64,000 nt of DNA from Moniliella sp. 'wahieum' (GCA_003971905.1 RSEE01000008.1:310001-374000); one strand, 5' to 3'; shown: positions 35,791 to 48,641, counted from the stretch's first letter. Notes: generated from the sequence alone by a model not told the origin. A program made the numbers and translations.

Positions 35791-38700
35791 TACTCATTCC
35801 TTTTCTGTAATAATGCCATCCCTTTGATCGTGTAATTGTTCAAGACATGGGATGGGATGGAACTTCCTCTCCTCTGCATGCAAATATCTATACTGTAACC
35901 ATATCATTGACGGAGTTTAAGGCCACGACAAAGTAACGCTGGTGCCTCTATACCCATCCGTTCATCCGGCGTGTGTTGCTTGGTAGAGCCAACCCCGTTT
36001 TTTTAAAACCAGGGGGATCGCCAGGAGATCACGACCCTCTGGTGTCCGCCATCCCTTCCCATCCCCGAGGTAGCACGTGTGGATACGGATGAACGCGGGG
36101 GGGTCAAAGAAGGATCTCCTTGGCATAATTTTCCATTGCCCTGATGGCTTCACGGCATCTTAGTAGTATGCCAACGCACACACACGAGTATTAGTTGAGG
36201 CTCGGTCCCCCTTTTGGTGCGTTGCTTCATCCATTCCTTCCTAGAGGACTGGAATATTCGCTAGCCTCGTCACGTGCGCCATATAACAATACACCATCAA
36301 CTGTGTCTCCTCTTTGATGGCCTTGTCCAACCATCACGGTGCCTCCATTTAGTGTGCCAAATCTGATGATCGGACAGTCAAAACAACCCATACATCTCTT
36401 CCAGCAACTGACAGTAGGTAGCAATAAACAAAAGACCCCGTCTGTCACGGGGACACGATTAAGTCGTCTTGCACAGCCGCCTCCACTCCTTCATCCGCGC
36501 TCTCGCTTCTCGGCTTCTCTCCCTTTCACTACTCAGGTTTTCTATCTTTCGCTATCGCGACTCGGGATTCTCGGCCTATATACAAAACCCACAACAATCG
36601 TCTTGCTACCCTCGGGCTCGTCTAAAATTCAACACACTGCTCATGGTTTTGAGTCTGTTTCTCGCCTCGTTTCGGGTCTCGGGTCCGCTGTGCCTTTGAC
36701 CCTCGTCTCGTCTTTCACCTCGTGCATGCCGTGCATGGTTCTCCCTTCTTCCCTTTGACTCATTTCCCCTTTTTCGCTGTAGACGTGTTGGTCATTCCTT
36801 TGTTCCCCTGCTCTATTCTATAAAAACCTGTGCCTATTCTTAGATCCAATTGGGATGGCCAACAAGCCACCCACACCATTATTTCCCCTCACCTTTCTTC
36901 TAGGCACTCTCCACTCTTGAACGACCAACGTTTGATCAGCTCGCTTGCCCTTCTTCGCCCATCGGAGCTCCTCGCTTTCTCGCCCGCCCCCCAAGGTGTA
37001 ACATCCTTTGCAGACGCTGCCTGGCTCTGCCCGAGACTTCATTCATACCCGGCGAGAGAGTCGAGCACGGTATTCATCGAGTTCAACCTTCAACGTTCGA
37101 TCATAATATCGAGTTCTCTGCGTTCAGACATTCGATGTCATTTTGGCCACAACTGTCGTATGTTATAGGGGTGGAGAGGGGGATGCGGCAATAGAAGAGA
37201 TGAGCGCCAATATCTTATCCTTGGGAAGTAGAACCACAAAAGAGTTACTATGGGACCTGACAGGGAAAGGGGGGGTGGCTGTGAAGAAGCCTTTGCAATA
37301 TAACCAAAGTGAGGGAAGAGAGGCAAGACGCAAGCGTCCCCCTCGTTTTTCTCACTGGCTCCACCAGCGTCAGCCACAACTAGGCTTGCCACATAGCACT
37401 GCCCCCGTGCGCCTGTGGCACAGGACCCCTAAGCCAGCACCCATCATGCATCATGCATCACGGCGTCAGCTTGCAGATGTGCAGATCGCTCGCTACTGGA
37501 AGCTCTACGGTGGATCCGCTTTCAACTTTCAAATGCCAGAGCGAGCGCGAGCCAGCGAAGCAGAGGACCCGTAGCATTGGCTGTTCACATGCATCACATG
37601 TCACACGAGGCACCACAGAACCACACCTGTGACACGCGCACTGAAGATCGAGCACGCGCCACACTCCAGCTTCAAGCTTCAAGCTTCTCAAGGTCGCATC
37701 AGCCGCCGGCGGACCTCAGTGGTTCTCAGCCTTTGTTGGCTCTGCCGTCTCGGACGGATAGATGGGAAGGAAAACGAGGCTACGAAAGGGCATTGTGGGT
37801 GGGCGGGGGGGGGGTATAACCACACATGTCGGACGAATGGAGATTGTGCCGAGATGAGAGTAGCGGTTGCCGTTCGTTAAAAGCTATGGTTCTTGACCAG
37901 TGCCAGCCAAATACCAGCGTTAACGCGTTGCTCGGCTGGGAAGCCGGCGGGGTGGAGAGAGGGCAGCCTGATGGCAGCAAGGCGCAGCAGCGCCGGTCCA
38001 GAGCGAGGCGCGGCACGCACGTGAGCCGGCGGGCCAGCGGAGGCCACAGGGCAGCGAGTGGAGGAAAACACGGGGGCAGTCTGGGGGACTCGCCCAATCG
38101 TCAGCGCAGGGAGAGCGTGCACAGCACGAAGCACGCACCTGTCCCCAAACAGAGCGAGAGTTGGGCGTGCTGGAAGCTGGACCCAGCGCTGCCACCGCCC
38201 TGCGTGGATTTGCACCAGCGTGGAGACACGCTGGGCGGGAGTGGCGCCGTGCCCCCGGGGCTCCGATCGACGCGGCGCCGGGGGCTTGGGCGTGGGCTGG
38301 CACAGTGCCAGTCACCCGAACAACGGCGGCATCGCAGCGCCCCGCTGGCACCAGGCGCGTGTGGCCAGGGCAGCGCCGGGCAGCGGCAGTAGGCAGGCGC
38401 ACGCAGCCAGCCAAACACTCCCCCGTGCGCGTGGAAACAGTGGCGCGCGCGCCCGCCGCGAGCGAGGGTGGCGTGGTGCCGCTCTCTCGCCCTGGGCACG
38501 GGGGCAGCCTGGAGCCGCCTGCGACGGCCTGCAGGGGGCGACGCGACGCGTGATGGGATGGGCAGGCTGGGGTGTGATGCATGCATGATGCTGCCAGGGT
38601 TGGCTGCCCCCACCGGCCACGCAGAGGAGCACCGCAGCGCACGCCGACGAACCGACGGCGGGACTCGGGGCGTCCTGCGTCCCCCACCCCCCCCACCACC

Positions 38701-38797
38701 CTCTTCTCGGCCGCCGCCCCCTCCGCTCCTCTTCCGCCGCTGCTGCGCTGGGCGAGCCTGCGTTCGTTTCTTCTCTCGTTCGCTCTCGTCGCCCACC

Positions 38798-41700
38798 ATG
38801 TCCGACTGGCCCCTCGAGTTCATACCGCCTCCCGCCCCGCGCGCCCGCCACGCCGCTCGGCGACTGGATGGCCCAGAACGTCACGACAATGGCACGGCCA
38901 CCACCCTGCTCGACTGTCTCTGCTCCACCACACGCCCCGCCCTCTGGAGCCCGGACCTCTCCCGCCGCCCCTCGACCACCGCAGCATCAAGCAGTTCGTC
39001 CAATCCTTCACCCTCCCAGTCCTCCGCGCCCGCAGCAACCCACTGCGACCCAACGACCGTGTCATGCTGCTCTCCTGCCGGCCCTGAGAATGCCCTGATG
39101 CTTATGTCCATTGCCACCTACCATACTTGTGCCCCGCTCAACGCCGCCTGCACTGCCGGCGAGTTGCGTGACGATGCCGTTCGCCTCCGCGCCCGCGCCG
39201 TCGTCACAACCCGCGACAGTCTGGAACGCCTTGGCTGCTACGAGCTCTACGAAGAGGAAAACATGGAGATCATCGTTGTCGACTTCAAAACATCCGGCCC
39301 GGCAGGTTACTTTGACATAGCGGTACTCGAAGGCGAAGATCTTGTCCCATACCAGCACGGTTCTCAGCGCCCATGCCCGCCCTCAACCCTGACCGACTAT
39401 TCCCTTGTTCTTCATACCTCTGGCACGTCGGGCAAAAAGAAGGTGGTGCCCTACTCTCTGCGCCACATGATCGTGGGTACCTGCTGTGTCGTCTTCTCCT
39501 GGGAACTCAAACCCGATTCGGTGAACAGTATGTCCCTGCTTTCCTCTCGTACTTTCGAACTGACAACACACACTAACTTGGTGCTTCTCAGTGAACATGA
39601 TGCCTCTTTTCCATGTTGGCGGTATTGTGCGGAACCTTTGGTCTCCCCTCTTCTCCAATGGGTCCGCCATTATGTGTGCTGGATTCGACGCGACGACCTG
39701 GTGGAAGCTTGCTGGTCAACTGGGAGCGACGTGGTACTACGCTGCCCCTACCATGCACCACGCTATCCTGGCCTCCAAACCCGAGGGGACAGTTGCTTCG
39801 CGGGACACTAAGATCAAAATGATCTGCAATGCCGCTGGTGGCCTGCCCCTTGGCTGTACAGCTCAAGGAAAACTTTGGTGACTGTGCTGTACTCCCCTCG
39901 TACGGCATGACAGAATGGTGCGCGAGACTCCCTCTCTCCTCCCATTTGCGATATGTACTGACCTATGGATTTTTCGCGTTGGCAGCATGCCCATTGCCTC
40001 ACCCCCACCGACTACCAGCTAGACCGTCCTGGTTGCTCTGGGGTGGCCTGCGGCCCTGGCCTTTCCATCCGTGATCCGTTCAACCTTGAAAAGGAGCAGC
40101 CCACCGGACAGACAGGTGCCGTATGCGTCCGTGGTCTGCCCACTTTCAGCGGTTACGAGACCGATCCCGATGGTCCTCTGGATGCCTCCTCTTTTTCTTC
40201 GGAAGGCTGGTTCGACTCGGGTGACATGGGCCACTGGACGCGGATGGCTATTTGTTCATCACGGGTAGGTCCAAGGAGATCATCAATAAAGGTGGTGAGG
40301 TTATCTCCCCGTTTGAGGTCGAAGAAGCCGTCACGCAAGCGACCACGGGCCGTGTCAAGAACACTCTCTGTTTCTCGATCGAGACGACGTGCTCCAGGAG
40401 ACAATTGGTGTGGTGATCGTCCCCACGCCAAATGAACCCCGGGTAGGGCTGTCGGAGCTGCAGAACATGCTGCGGAACTATCTCCACCCATCCAAGTGGC
40501 CGTTTGCGATTGTCTACATGGACGACCTTCCAAAAAACCAAGCAGGGAAACCCTTGCGTATCAAGCTCGCCAGCCGTCTGGGGATTGGGCCGCTGACCGA
40601 TAGTGTGCCCCCGCTGCAGCGCCACTTTGAGGCGAAGGCACCTGGGAAGGAGGTGCCATTGCTGAGCCAATCCCCTGCCAACTGGTGAATGTGGATCTGC
40701 GGGCAGTCGAGCGCGCCTGCTACCGGATCCCTGGTATTGTCGAGGCGGCAGTTCGCATGCGCAAGGATGGTGCCCCCGAGGCCTTCCTCTATGTCGAGGA
40801 AGACATGCCATATGATGCTGCAGACATCGACCGTGCACTGGCTCAGGTGCTGGACGGCTACGTGGTACCCAATCCATTGCACGTTTTCCGTCAGCCCTTG
40901 GCCAAGACCGCCCAGGGCCAAATTGACTTTAATACCATGGAGGCCGAAGTGCGCGCCCAGAACGCTCAGGACATGTCCGCACGGGCATTATTGTTCGCGA
41001 CATTATTGGCAAGCTGCTCAACACGGATCCTGGCAGCATCACAGCCGAATCCGACTTCTTCCTACTGGGCGGCAACTCTCTCTTGCTGGGCCGTCTGGTG
41101 GCGCAGATTCGGAAAGAAACAGGCGTGTCGCTCGAGGTTTCGTCTCTGTTTACAAACTCAACCATCTCGGCTATCGCGGATATGATTGAAGAGGAGACGG
41201 GAGGCTCGGATGCAGAAGATGAAGACGAGGGCTACTACGATGAGAAGACGGGCTTTAGCTCCAACTTCCTCTCGGCTCATCGCTACGACGATGAAGAAGA
41301 CGGCTACCTCAACTCGCACGGGTATAAGCCCCGGTCCCAGACTCATCCGTGGGTGATGCTGGTCCAGATCATCCCGCTGCTCTTTTTCTACCCGTTCAAG
41401 GCCGCTGGACCTGGACCGTGCTCCTTCACGGTCTTGCCTTCTCGGCGTATTACATCAACGACAACTTTTGGGAGCGTGTGGGTGTCCTGCTTCTCTCCCT
41501 CTTTATCGCCCGTCTCACTTCCCGAATCATCTGCCCGGTCACCGCCATTGCCTTCAAGTGGCTTGTCATTGGCCGTTACCGCCCCGGAAAGTACCCAATG
41601 TGGTGCAACTACCATCTGCGCTGGTGGATTGTCAACCAATCTCTCACCACGGCCGGTAAGGGTCTTTTCAATCTGACCCCCGAACTGCGCAAGGTATACT

Positions 41701-43880
41701 TCCGTCTTTTGGGCGCATCGATTGGCAAGAACGTCAAGATTGACAAGTTTGCCAAGTTGGGCGAATATGATCTTCTTACGATCCACGATGGTGTGCAGAT
41801 TGACAAGTCTGTCGTCCGCGGTTTCTGCGTCGAACGTGACGGTTACTTCCGTCTGGAACCCATCATCATCGGGCGCGACTGCATGGTCAACACCTACACT
41901 CAGATTTCTCCTGGCGCTCGCTTGGCCAACGGCACGGTTTGGGGTCCCCAATCCAGTAGTCATGAGGAGCCGTCGATGGACAGCTATGCCGCATACAATC
42001 GCGAGGCAGTGCCTAAGCCGCATTGGTCCTTGATTGTCTTCCTTGGTCTGCCGCTTAAACTGGTGGTCTGGGTGCTGTGCTACCTCCCTTGGTTTTCAGC
42101 CTTGTTCATGCTGCTCTCGACGCCGTTTTTGTTCAACAAGCACGATTCGCTCAAAGGCGTCGTGGCATGGTTCTCCTTCCCTGACCGGATTGGCTGGCAC
42201 TACCTAGCCCGCATTGTGCGCAATGGCATGCCGGCCATGTCCAATGTGATCCTCGGTATCCTTCTTAAGCGCATCTCGGGCCTCAACAAAGAAGGCTCGA
42301 TGAGGAACGCGACCCAACTCTCGCTTTGGCGCCGTTGGGTGCAATCCGAGTTCCTTTCCCAGCCCCAGATTCGCCGGTCGATGTCCATCTTGGGCACTCA
42401 CTACGAGATGACCTCGGTTATTTACCGTGCGATGGGGGCCAAAATTGGCAAACGCGTCTACTGGCCGGGATCGGGGATCTACTGCCCCGACCCCGAGTTG
42501 CTGGAGATTGGGGACGATGTGGTGTTTGGGTCGCGTTCGGAGGTCTTTACCTCGGACTCGATTGGATGGGCCAAGGTACGCGTCGCTCGCGGCGCTATGA
42601 TTGCCGACCGTGTGGTGCTCTCTCCCGGTGTGACGGTGGGGAAGCAGTGTGTGATGGGTTCCGGTGCGTTGGCGCGCAGGAACGGGTACTATGAGCCGCT
42701 GTCGGTCTGGATGGGTGCCAAGCACGGTGAAGCGGTTAGTTTTGGCAAGTCGGCGCCGTCTGAGGAAATGGGGGAGGATTCAACCATCACGCCATTTGGC
42801 CGTGCGTTTTACAAGCGCCAGGCCAACTTCTTTGTGTTCCCCTACCCTATGCTCGTGTGCATCAACATTCTGATGAGCGTCATTACCTCGCTCTACTGGG
42901 CTTCGCCTGCCGTTGCGGCCATTACTTTCCTCAACTTCCTCAGGATTCACTTTGAGGACAAGGCCGACGGTCTGTTTGGCGACCACTGGTACCGCCCTGC
43001 CCTGGTGTACATTTACATTGCTCTTGCCTTTGTCATCATCATGGGGGCCCAGATGATTATTGCAATGGGTTGGGTGGTCGGGACGAAGTGGGCGATTATT
43101 GGCCGGCGGCGCGAAGGACGGTACGATTGGGACAAGTCGTCGTATTGCCAGCGCTGGCAGCTTCACCTCGTGCTGCAGAAACTGCTGGGCAAGGGCTTTG
43201 GCGGTCACATTATCGGGTGCATTTCTGGCACGGTGTACGCAGTCTGGTACCTGCGCGCTTTGGGCGGTCACGTGGGCAAAGACTGCTCGATTTGGGCCGG
43301 TGGCAAGCCCTCGCTTCAGTTTACCGAGCCGGAGCTGGTTACGTTTGGGGATCGGGTCAGCGTGGACGACTGCTCGGTGTGGCTCACATCAACTCACGCG
43401 GACGCTTTTCCCTCAACGCGCTCCGGATTGGAGACGGGTGCGCGATGCGTACCGGTTCGCGCCTGCTCTCTGGCGCCAACATGGAGCCCCGTAGCATGCT
43501 GCTGGAGCACACCCTGGTCGCGTCCGGTGAGATTGCGGAGGCGGGGATGGTGTATGCGGGTTTGGCCTGCTCGTCAGCTACGGGTGCGCAAGCCCAAACC
43601 AACCGCCCCATCGGCTTCAGCGCCCACCGTTGTTGTGGAAGGCGGGCCTAGCAAGAGCTTTGGTCTGTCGCCGATGCCGTCGACCTTGCCTTCGATGAAT
43701 GCTAGTCCGTATGCTTCCAAAGATGCATTTAGCTCGCAAGATGCATTTGCTCCCATGTCGGCACCTCCTCTTCCCTATGGGCACCAGCCTACCACCTCCT
43801 ACAATGGCTCTTTGGCGGATTCTTACGGCCACGGGGGGTACCAATACCAAACGCCCATGCAACCCCATTCGGCATTTTAG
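38798..43880 (+). CDS. Membrane-bound NRPS-like enzyme: acyl-CoA-ligase-type A domain, carrier (T) domain and three Pls/PosA-type TM+LbH terminal repeats; 2 introns, several frameshifts
   Basis: [56 protein letters not shown] domain [10 protein letters not shown] (Ser codon 41077..41079). Repeats [52 protein letters not shown]. Introns 39528..39591 and 39918..39985. Confidence 0.88.
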
Positions 43881-45103
43881 CATTTTTGTCACGTCCTCGT
43901 TTACCCGATCAACCCAGCTCCCCTTTCTCCATTGCTTGTGACCCCGGTGGTTACTTCGTGCCCGCCACGGGCCCGCCTCGTCGCAGCCCACAGCAAGGCG
44001 CGTGCACATCACTCTCGTTCGTTTGTTTTCTCCCCGTTCCCCCCTTTTGGTTTTTTTGTTCGTTTTCCTCCTCCGCCCCGCTATCTGTCACTGCCACTGC
44101 CACTCCCACTGCCACCTTGCGCATTATCCCTTTCCTCACCCCCGGCACTTTGGACCTGTATTTCTTGGGGACCTCGATCCCCCAGGTAGATTTCTTTCCA
44201 ACTATCTCACTCTCCCTGCGCTCCATCTCGTTTTCTCGTTTTTGAACTTTGCTTGATGCACTACGGTCCTGACAGGATCCCCGCGGCTCGGGCTGGCTGT
44301 AATGGACTCGTTGGTGCTCTCTACCATATCTCTCATCTCTCCTTTCTGCTGGTTCCGTTCGCATTTTCCGCCACCCTTTTCGAGCTTCAGGTTCGTGGTC
44401 AAACCTCGTCACAGCCGACGACAGTGTTAGTGGTTGGCCTCGTACAATGTTACCCCCTCAGAACCTGAAAGCACACTAACAAACGCCTATGGAGGGCTGC
44501 TGGGACCGTCGGCTCATTTCTCTTGTAAGGTCAACTAGCAACTATTCGACATAAGACTATAGATCGCCACCGAGTCTACGGCCCGGCTTGGGCGTTGGAG
44601 CGTAACCAGTAACCGGTAGGCACCGACGATGGAGATATGCCTGCCCGTTCCACCGCCCACCGCCGTGCACCGATCCGCTGTCCACCGATCCACCGTTCCA
44701 TCGTCCACACCCTACTTCCCTCTCCCATTGTCCACCATTCCACTGTCCCCTGTGCCAAGAGCGGAGTGGGCGCAGTTGTTGCACCCTCTTGAAGTACTGC
44801 ATCCTCCTTGCCAAACGGTGAGGAGAGTGGCCTCTACCTAGCAAAACAAGCACGAATGGTATAGGCACGCTGAACGCTGAGCCGCTGAGCCGAGGGCGAG
44901 GTGGTAAGATTGATCAGCGAATTTGAAGTTGGAACCAGTAGCTTGATGGCGTCACACTTCGCGAGCGGTTTCAGCAGAGTGGAAATATTGAATTCAGCCG
45001 GGTGTTTCGATGCATGTCAAACCACCAGACCCAGCTTGCTCCAAGCTTGGTTTGTGGACCTTCAAACCGTGGCAGCCTCCTTCTACCACCTCGACACCAC
45101 ATC

Positions 45104-46250
45104 ATGGTTGCGCCCAGCGAGCTCCTTCGTATTCTCATCATCGTACGTCTCATTCCGTCCTACCTTATCTGGACTAACCTCCCCTTTGCGCTCCGCAGCG
45201 TCATGGCGAGACGGCGTCCAATGCTAGTGGCATCATTCAGGGACAGCTCGACATTCCTCTCAACGCCAAGGGCTATCTGCAAGCGTACTACACTGCCCAC
45301 GCCCTTGCTCACGAGCACATCGATGAAGTCTACACTTCGCCTCTTCAACGTGCCCGTGACACAGCCCTGACCATTGTCCGCATTCATCCGTCGCTGCGGG
45401 TCGTCTCCGCCGTGAAGGCCGAGGATGAGTCCCAGCATCTGCTTCAACAGCAGGGCACACCAACCCGCCTCTTACCCTCCCAGAGGGTCGCAACGGATGC
45501 GCGACTTATGGAGCGGAACTTGGGTGAGCTGCAGGGAAAACCAGGCGCTGGCCGGGCCCACGGGGAGATCCCGGGGGCAGAGACGGCTTCCGAGTTGCGA
45601 AAGCGTCTGATTGGCTTTTGGGACGACATGACTTCGGCCCCGCTGGAGGCGTTTGCAGTGCCATCCAACGCTTCATCTGGGACAAGCACGCCGGCTCCAA
45701 CTTCAGGTGTTAACACCCCCACGCGGGCATTGGACCATACGGACTACACCCTTCCCCCTCCTCCCCCTGCTGCAATGGAAATGGTTCAAGAACGTTGGCA
45801 AAAGCACCGTTCCCGTCCAGCAAAGACTTTTGCGCGGACCATTGTGTTGGTCTCCCATGGTGCTGCAATGCGGAATTTGGTCTCGTGCGTTCATCTCCAA
45901 TCCGATAAGGTCATGGCTAACCGCTTACGATTAGCGCAAACTTGCTCCACTTTGGTGCCGTCCAGCTCAGTCCCGAGCTGCAAACCGCGTTCGATGCTGG
46001 TGCCCCCGTTGGGACCAAGGGCCGGCTTTCCAACTGCTCCATTACTGAGATCCACTGGCCCGTTGGGCTGGATGTGTTTGACGCCATGTCGGGTAAAGTC
46101 ACCTCGGGTCCCACCCATGGCACTCTGGTTCGCTGGGCCGATGTGGCTCACCTGCCCCCTGAGCTGGAGAAGCAGCTGGTGGATAATGTTGACGAGGTGG
46201 AAGAGGATGCGGAAGAGGAACAGGCGAACAATGCAGCAACTCGAGCTTAA
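45104..46250 (+). CDS. Histidine phosphatase / phosphoglycerate mutase-like protein (frameshifted)
   Basis: MVAPSELLRILII|RHGET..N..GIIQGQLD.PLN across intron 45143..45198. SPLQRA, LMERNLGELQG, LVSHGA, LSNCSIT. Confidence 0.82.
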
Positions 46251-46430
46251 TTCCCAACCTGATCCAGATCCTGCCCCAAGCTTTTCCGGCCAGCGCCATC
46301 CCACGTCTGGAAGCCATTTGCAACACTGCATGCCCTATCTGCCTGCCCATTAGCCAAGCAATGCTATGGCCCCCTAACAACAGCAATAGTTGTTTAGACG
46401 GTGCATATGGTTGCTGAGTGCGACCTCGTT

Positions 46431-48381
46431 TTAGGGAATGTTTGCCAAGCGAGACTGGATTGCCTTGGCCGAAAACTCCTTGGCGTCCAGAGTGAGACCC
46501 GGGTTATGCGAGAGTGCCGAACGGGCATTATGGAGTGCGCGTTGCCCCGTAGTAAGCATCCCTTTCTTCTCGGGGTCGTTGGGGTCGAGTCCAAGCTGAG
46601 CCAGCGTCAGGGGCTTGACCACGTACTGGGAATAATCCCCACCCTTAACCTCGAGTAGTTCGCGCCGCTTCACCTCAGCTGCACGCCAGATGGTGTGGGC
46701 CGGGTAGCTCGCGCGGATCATGTTGGGGGGAACCCCTTCCAAGTCTGCCAGTCGCGCTTCCTGGTTCGTAGCGTGGGTTGTGTTCAGACTCTTGGCTACA
46801 TCCGCCCACTGATCTTGCCCGGTACGTGCAGGGTTGTCAGAGAAGGTAGGCGTGGAACCCTTGCTCACGTTAGGCTTCTCCTCCGTCAAGTCCATGTACC
46901 TCGGCCGCGCCAGCTTCGGTTCTGGCTGAGCCAGACCCTGGGGCAAGGATGTCTGGTAATGATGCAGAGCAAACTTCATCGACAGATAGGGCGGACGGTG
47001 AAGGGGCGCATGGCTTCAGCGCAGCATACTCCTTCTCCAACGCAAGTCCCCCGCGTTGCTTAGCCTCAGGGGCAGAGGAGGAGTACGTGGGGCCATCGTA
47101 CTTAAAGTCCTTACCGTTAGGGAATTTGGGTACGACTGGTGCACCCACCATCTTGTGGCCCAGGTGTTGACGTGAGTTGTAGTAGTTCCGTGGCTGAGTG
47201 AAAAGCGGATCGTTCCAATCGGTTTGTACATGTTCCAGACGCAGTTTTGAGTGGTACTCGCCGGGACGAGGCCAAGCTGCGAGGAGCTGGTAGTATCCTC
47301 GTTCTCCCTGGTCCACAGCCACTTCTCGAATCTCCATTGCGTTGACTTCCGCAGTTTGGCGGCCGCCCTTTGGGACACGGGAGACTGAGACAGTCTTGCG
47401 CGCCAACAGATCACGTTCCAGCGTCTCGTCCTCTTCGGGAATCGGCTCGGGTTCCATTGCCTCATCCACTTCATCCAAAGCACGAAGCGTGCTGGATGTA
47501 CGGGTTGACGTTGCGTGTTTGGCGCGGGGGAGGCCATCGTCCAACTCATCCTCCGAAGCAGCTTTACGCGCCTTGAGGTTCTCTGTTGTTGTATGCTCCG
47601 AACGCAACTGGCGACGCTTTTGCAGTTTCCGACCCACCTTCTCCGCATGAGCAAGCTTACTGTCGTCGTCCGCTTCAAAGTCTAGCACGGCCTCGCCTTC
47701 TTCCTGTGCGGTCAAGCTGTCCACTCCCTGCTCTGCCAGTTCGGGAGATTCAGCAAGCTCGGCACGCTTGGAAGGAGGGATTGCTGTATTTGCTTGCATC
47801 TCCGCCGAGCGAGGGGAACGGACGCCTTCACGGGGTCGATCTTCGCGGCGCGGCGCGCCCTCGCGGGGACGGAATTCCCGACGAGGCTGGCCGTCTCGTG
47901 GGGGGCGGGAGTCTCGCCGCTCGCCTTCCCGCGGACGGAACTCGCGGCGCTCACCATCGCGTGGACGGAACTCGCGGCGCTCACCATCGCGTGGACGGAA
48001 GTCACGACGCTCCCCGTCGCGCTGTCCGAAATCACGACGAGGACGGGAATCGCGACGCTCCCCATTACTACGCAACATGGGGGCGTTAGGATCGCGTTGC
48101 TTAGTCGTCGCCTCGCGGCTCTGCTCACCAAACTGGTTGAAGATGAACTTGCGTGCCGAAGGACCCTTGCGATCCGCGTTGGGCGTTGCTTTGGCCGCTG
48201 GGGCGGGCTTGGCCAGGCTTGCGGGCGCGGGACGAGGGCATATTGAGGATGGCACGCAGCTTGCTCTGGGCCGAATCCTTACTGTCGGCCATTGCCACCG
48301 CGGACGCGTGGAGAGAGCGCCATTGCGCCCGGTGGCCAGCTGGACAGCGGCCTGGACACGGCGCGGGGCGACGAGCATCAT
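46431..48381 (-). CDS. Hypothetical protein, possible mitochondrial targeting, with RPRDGERREF repeats (frameshift about 47000)
   Basis: 503-aa ORF overlapping a 182-aa ORF on the same strand; Arg/Ala-rich, acid-free N-terminus; family not recognised. Confidence 0.6.
47925..48060 (-). repeat. 30-bp coding tandem repeat (RPRDGERREF)
   Basis: gtggacggaactcgcggcgctcaccatcgc repeated, with degenerate flanking copies. Confidence 0.85.
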
Positions 48382-48641
48382 CGCTTCGCTGGGCCGCCGC
48401 AGACGATGGAGCAGCAGCTCGCTCGCCAGCGGCGCCGGTAGCGCCCACGCCTTCCAGCTTCCGCCCCCGCTCCCGGCGCTCAGATCCGCCGGCCTGAGAA
48501 GGCGCGCCAGCGGAATATTATATGTGGGTTCCGCCCCACGTATTGCACCGAGTCCCCATCCCTCCCCCCATCACCCGCACCGCCTCCTCTTCGCGCGCGC
48601 GTCACACGGCCTGCTAGACTGCTCTCTGCGCTGCCGGCACG

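Noticed and set aside
36005..36150. U1 snRNA resemblance (GATCACGA, GCATAATTT, CCATTGC)
   Set aside because: No 5' ACTTACCTG, and the motif order is inconsistent with U1; kept only as an unclassified structure.
44295..44306. GGCTGTAATGG, resembling the fungal SRP RNA 5' end
   Set aside because: No helix 8 GNRA/SRP54 motif downstream; pyrimidine-rich 3' UTR context.
44645..44755. Degenerate TCCACCG repeats as a CRISPR-like array
   Set aside because: Short irregular simple repeats with no constant repeat-spacer structure; eukaryotic context.
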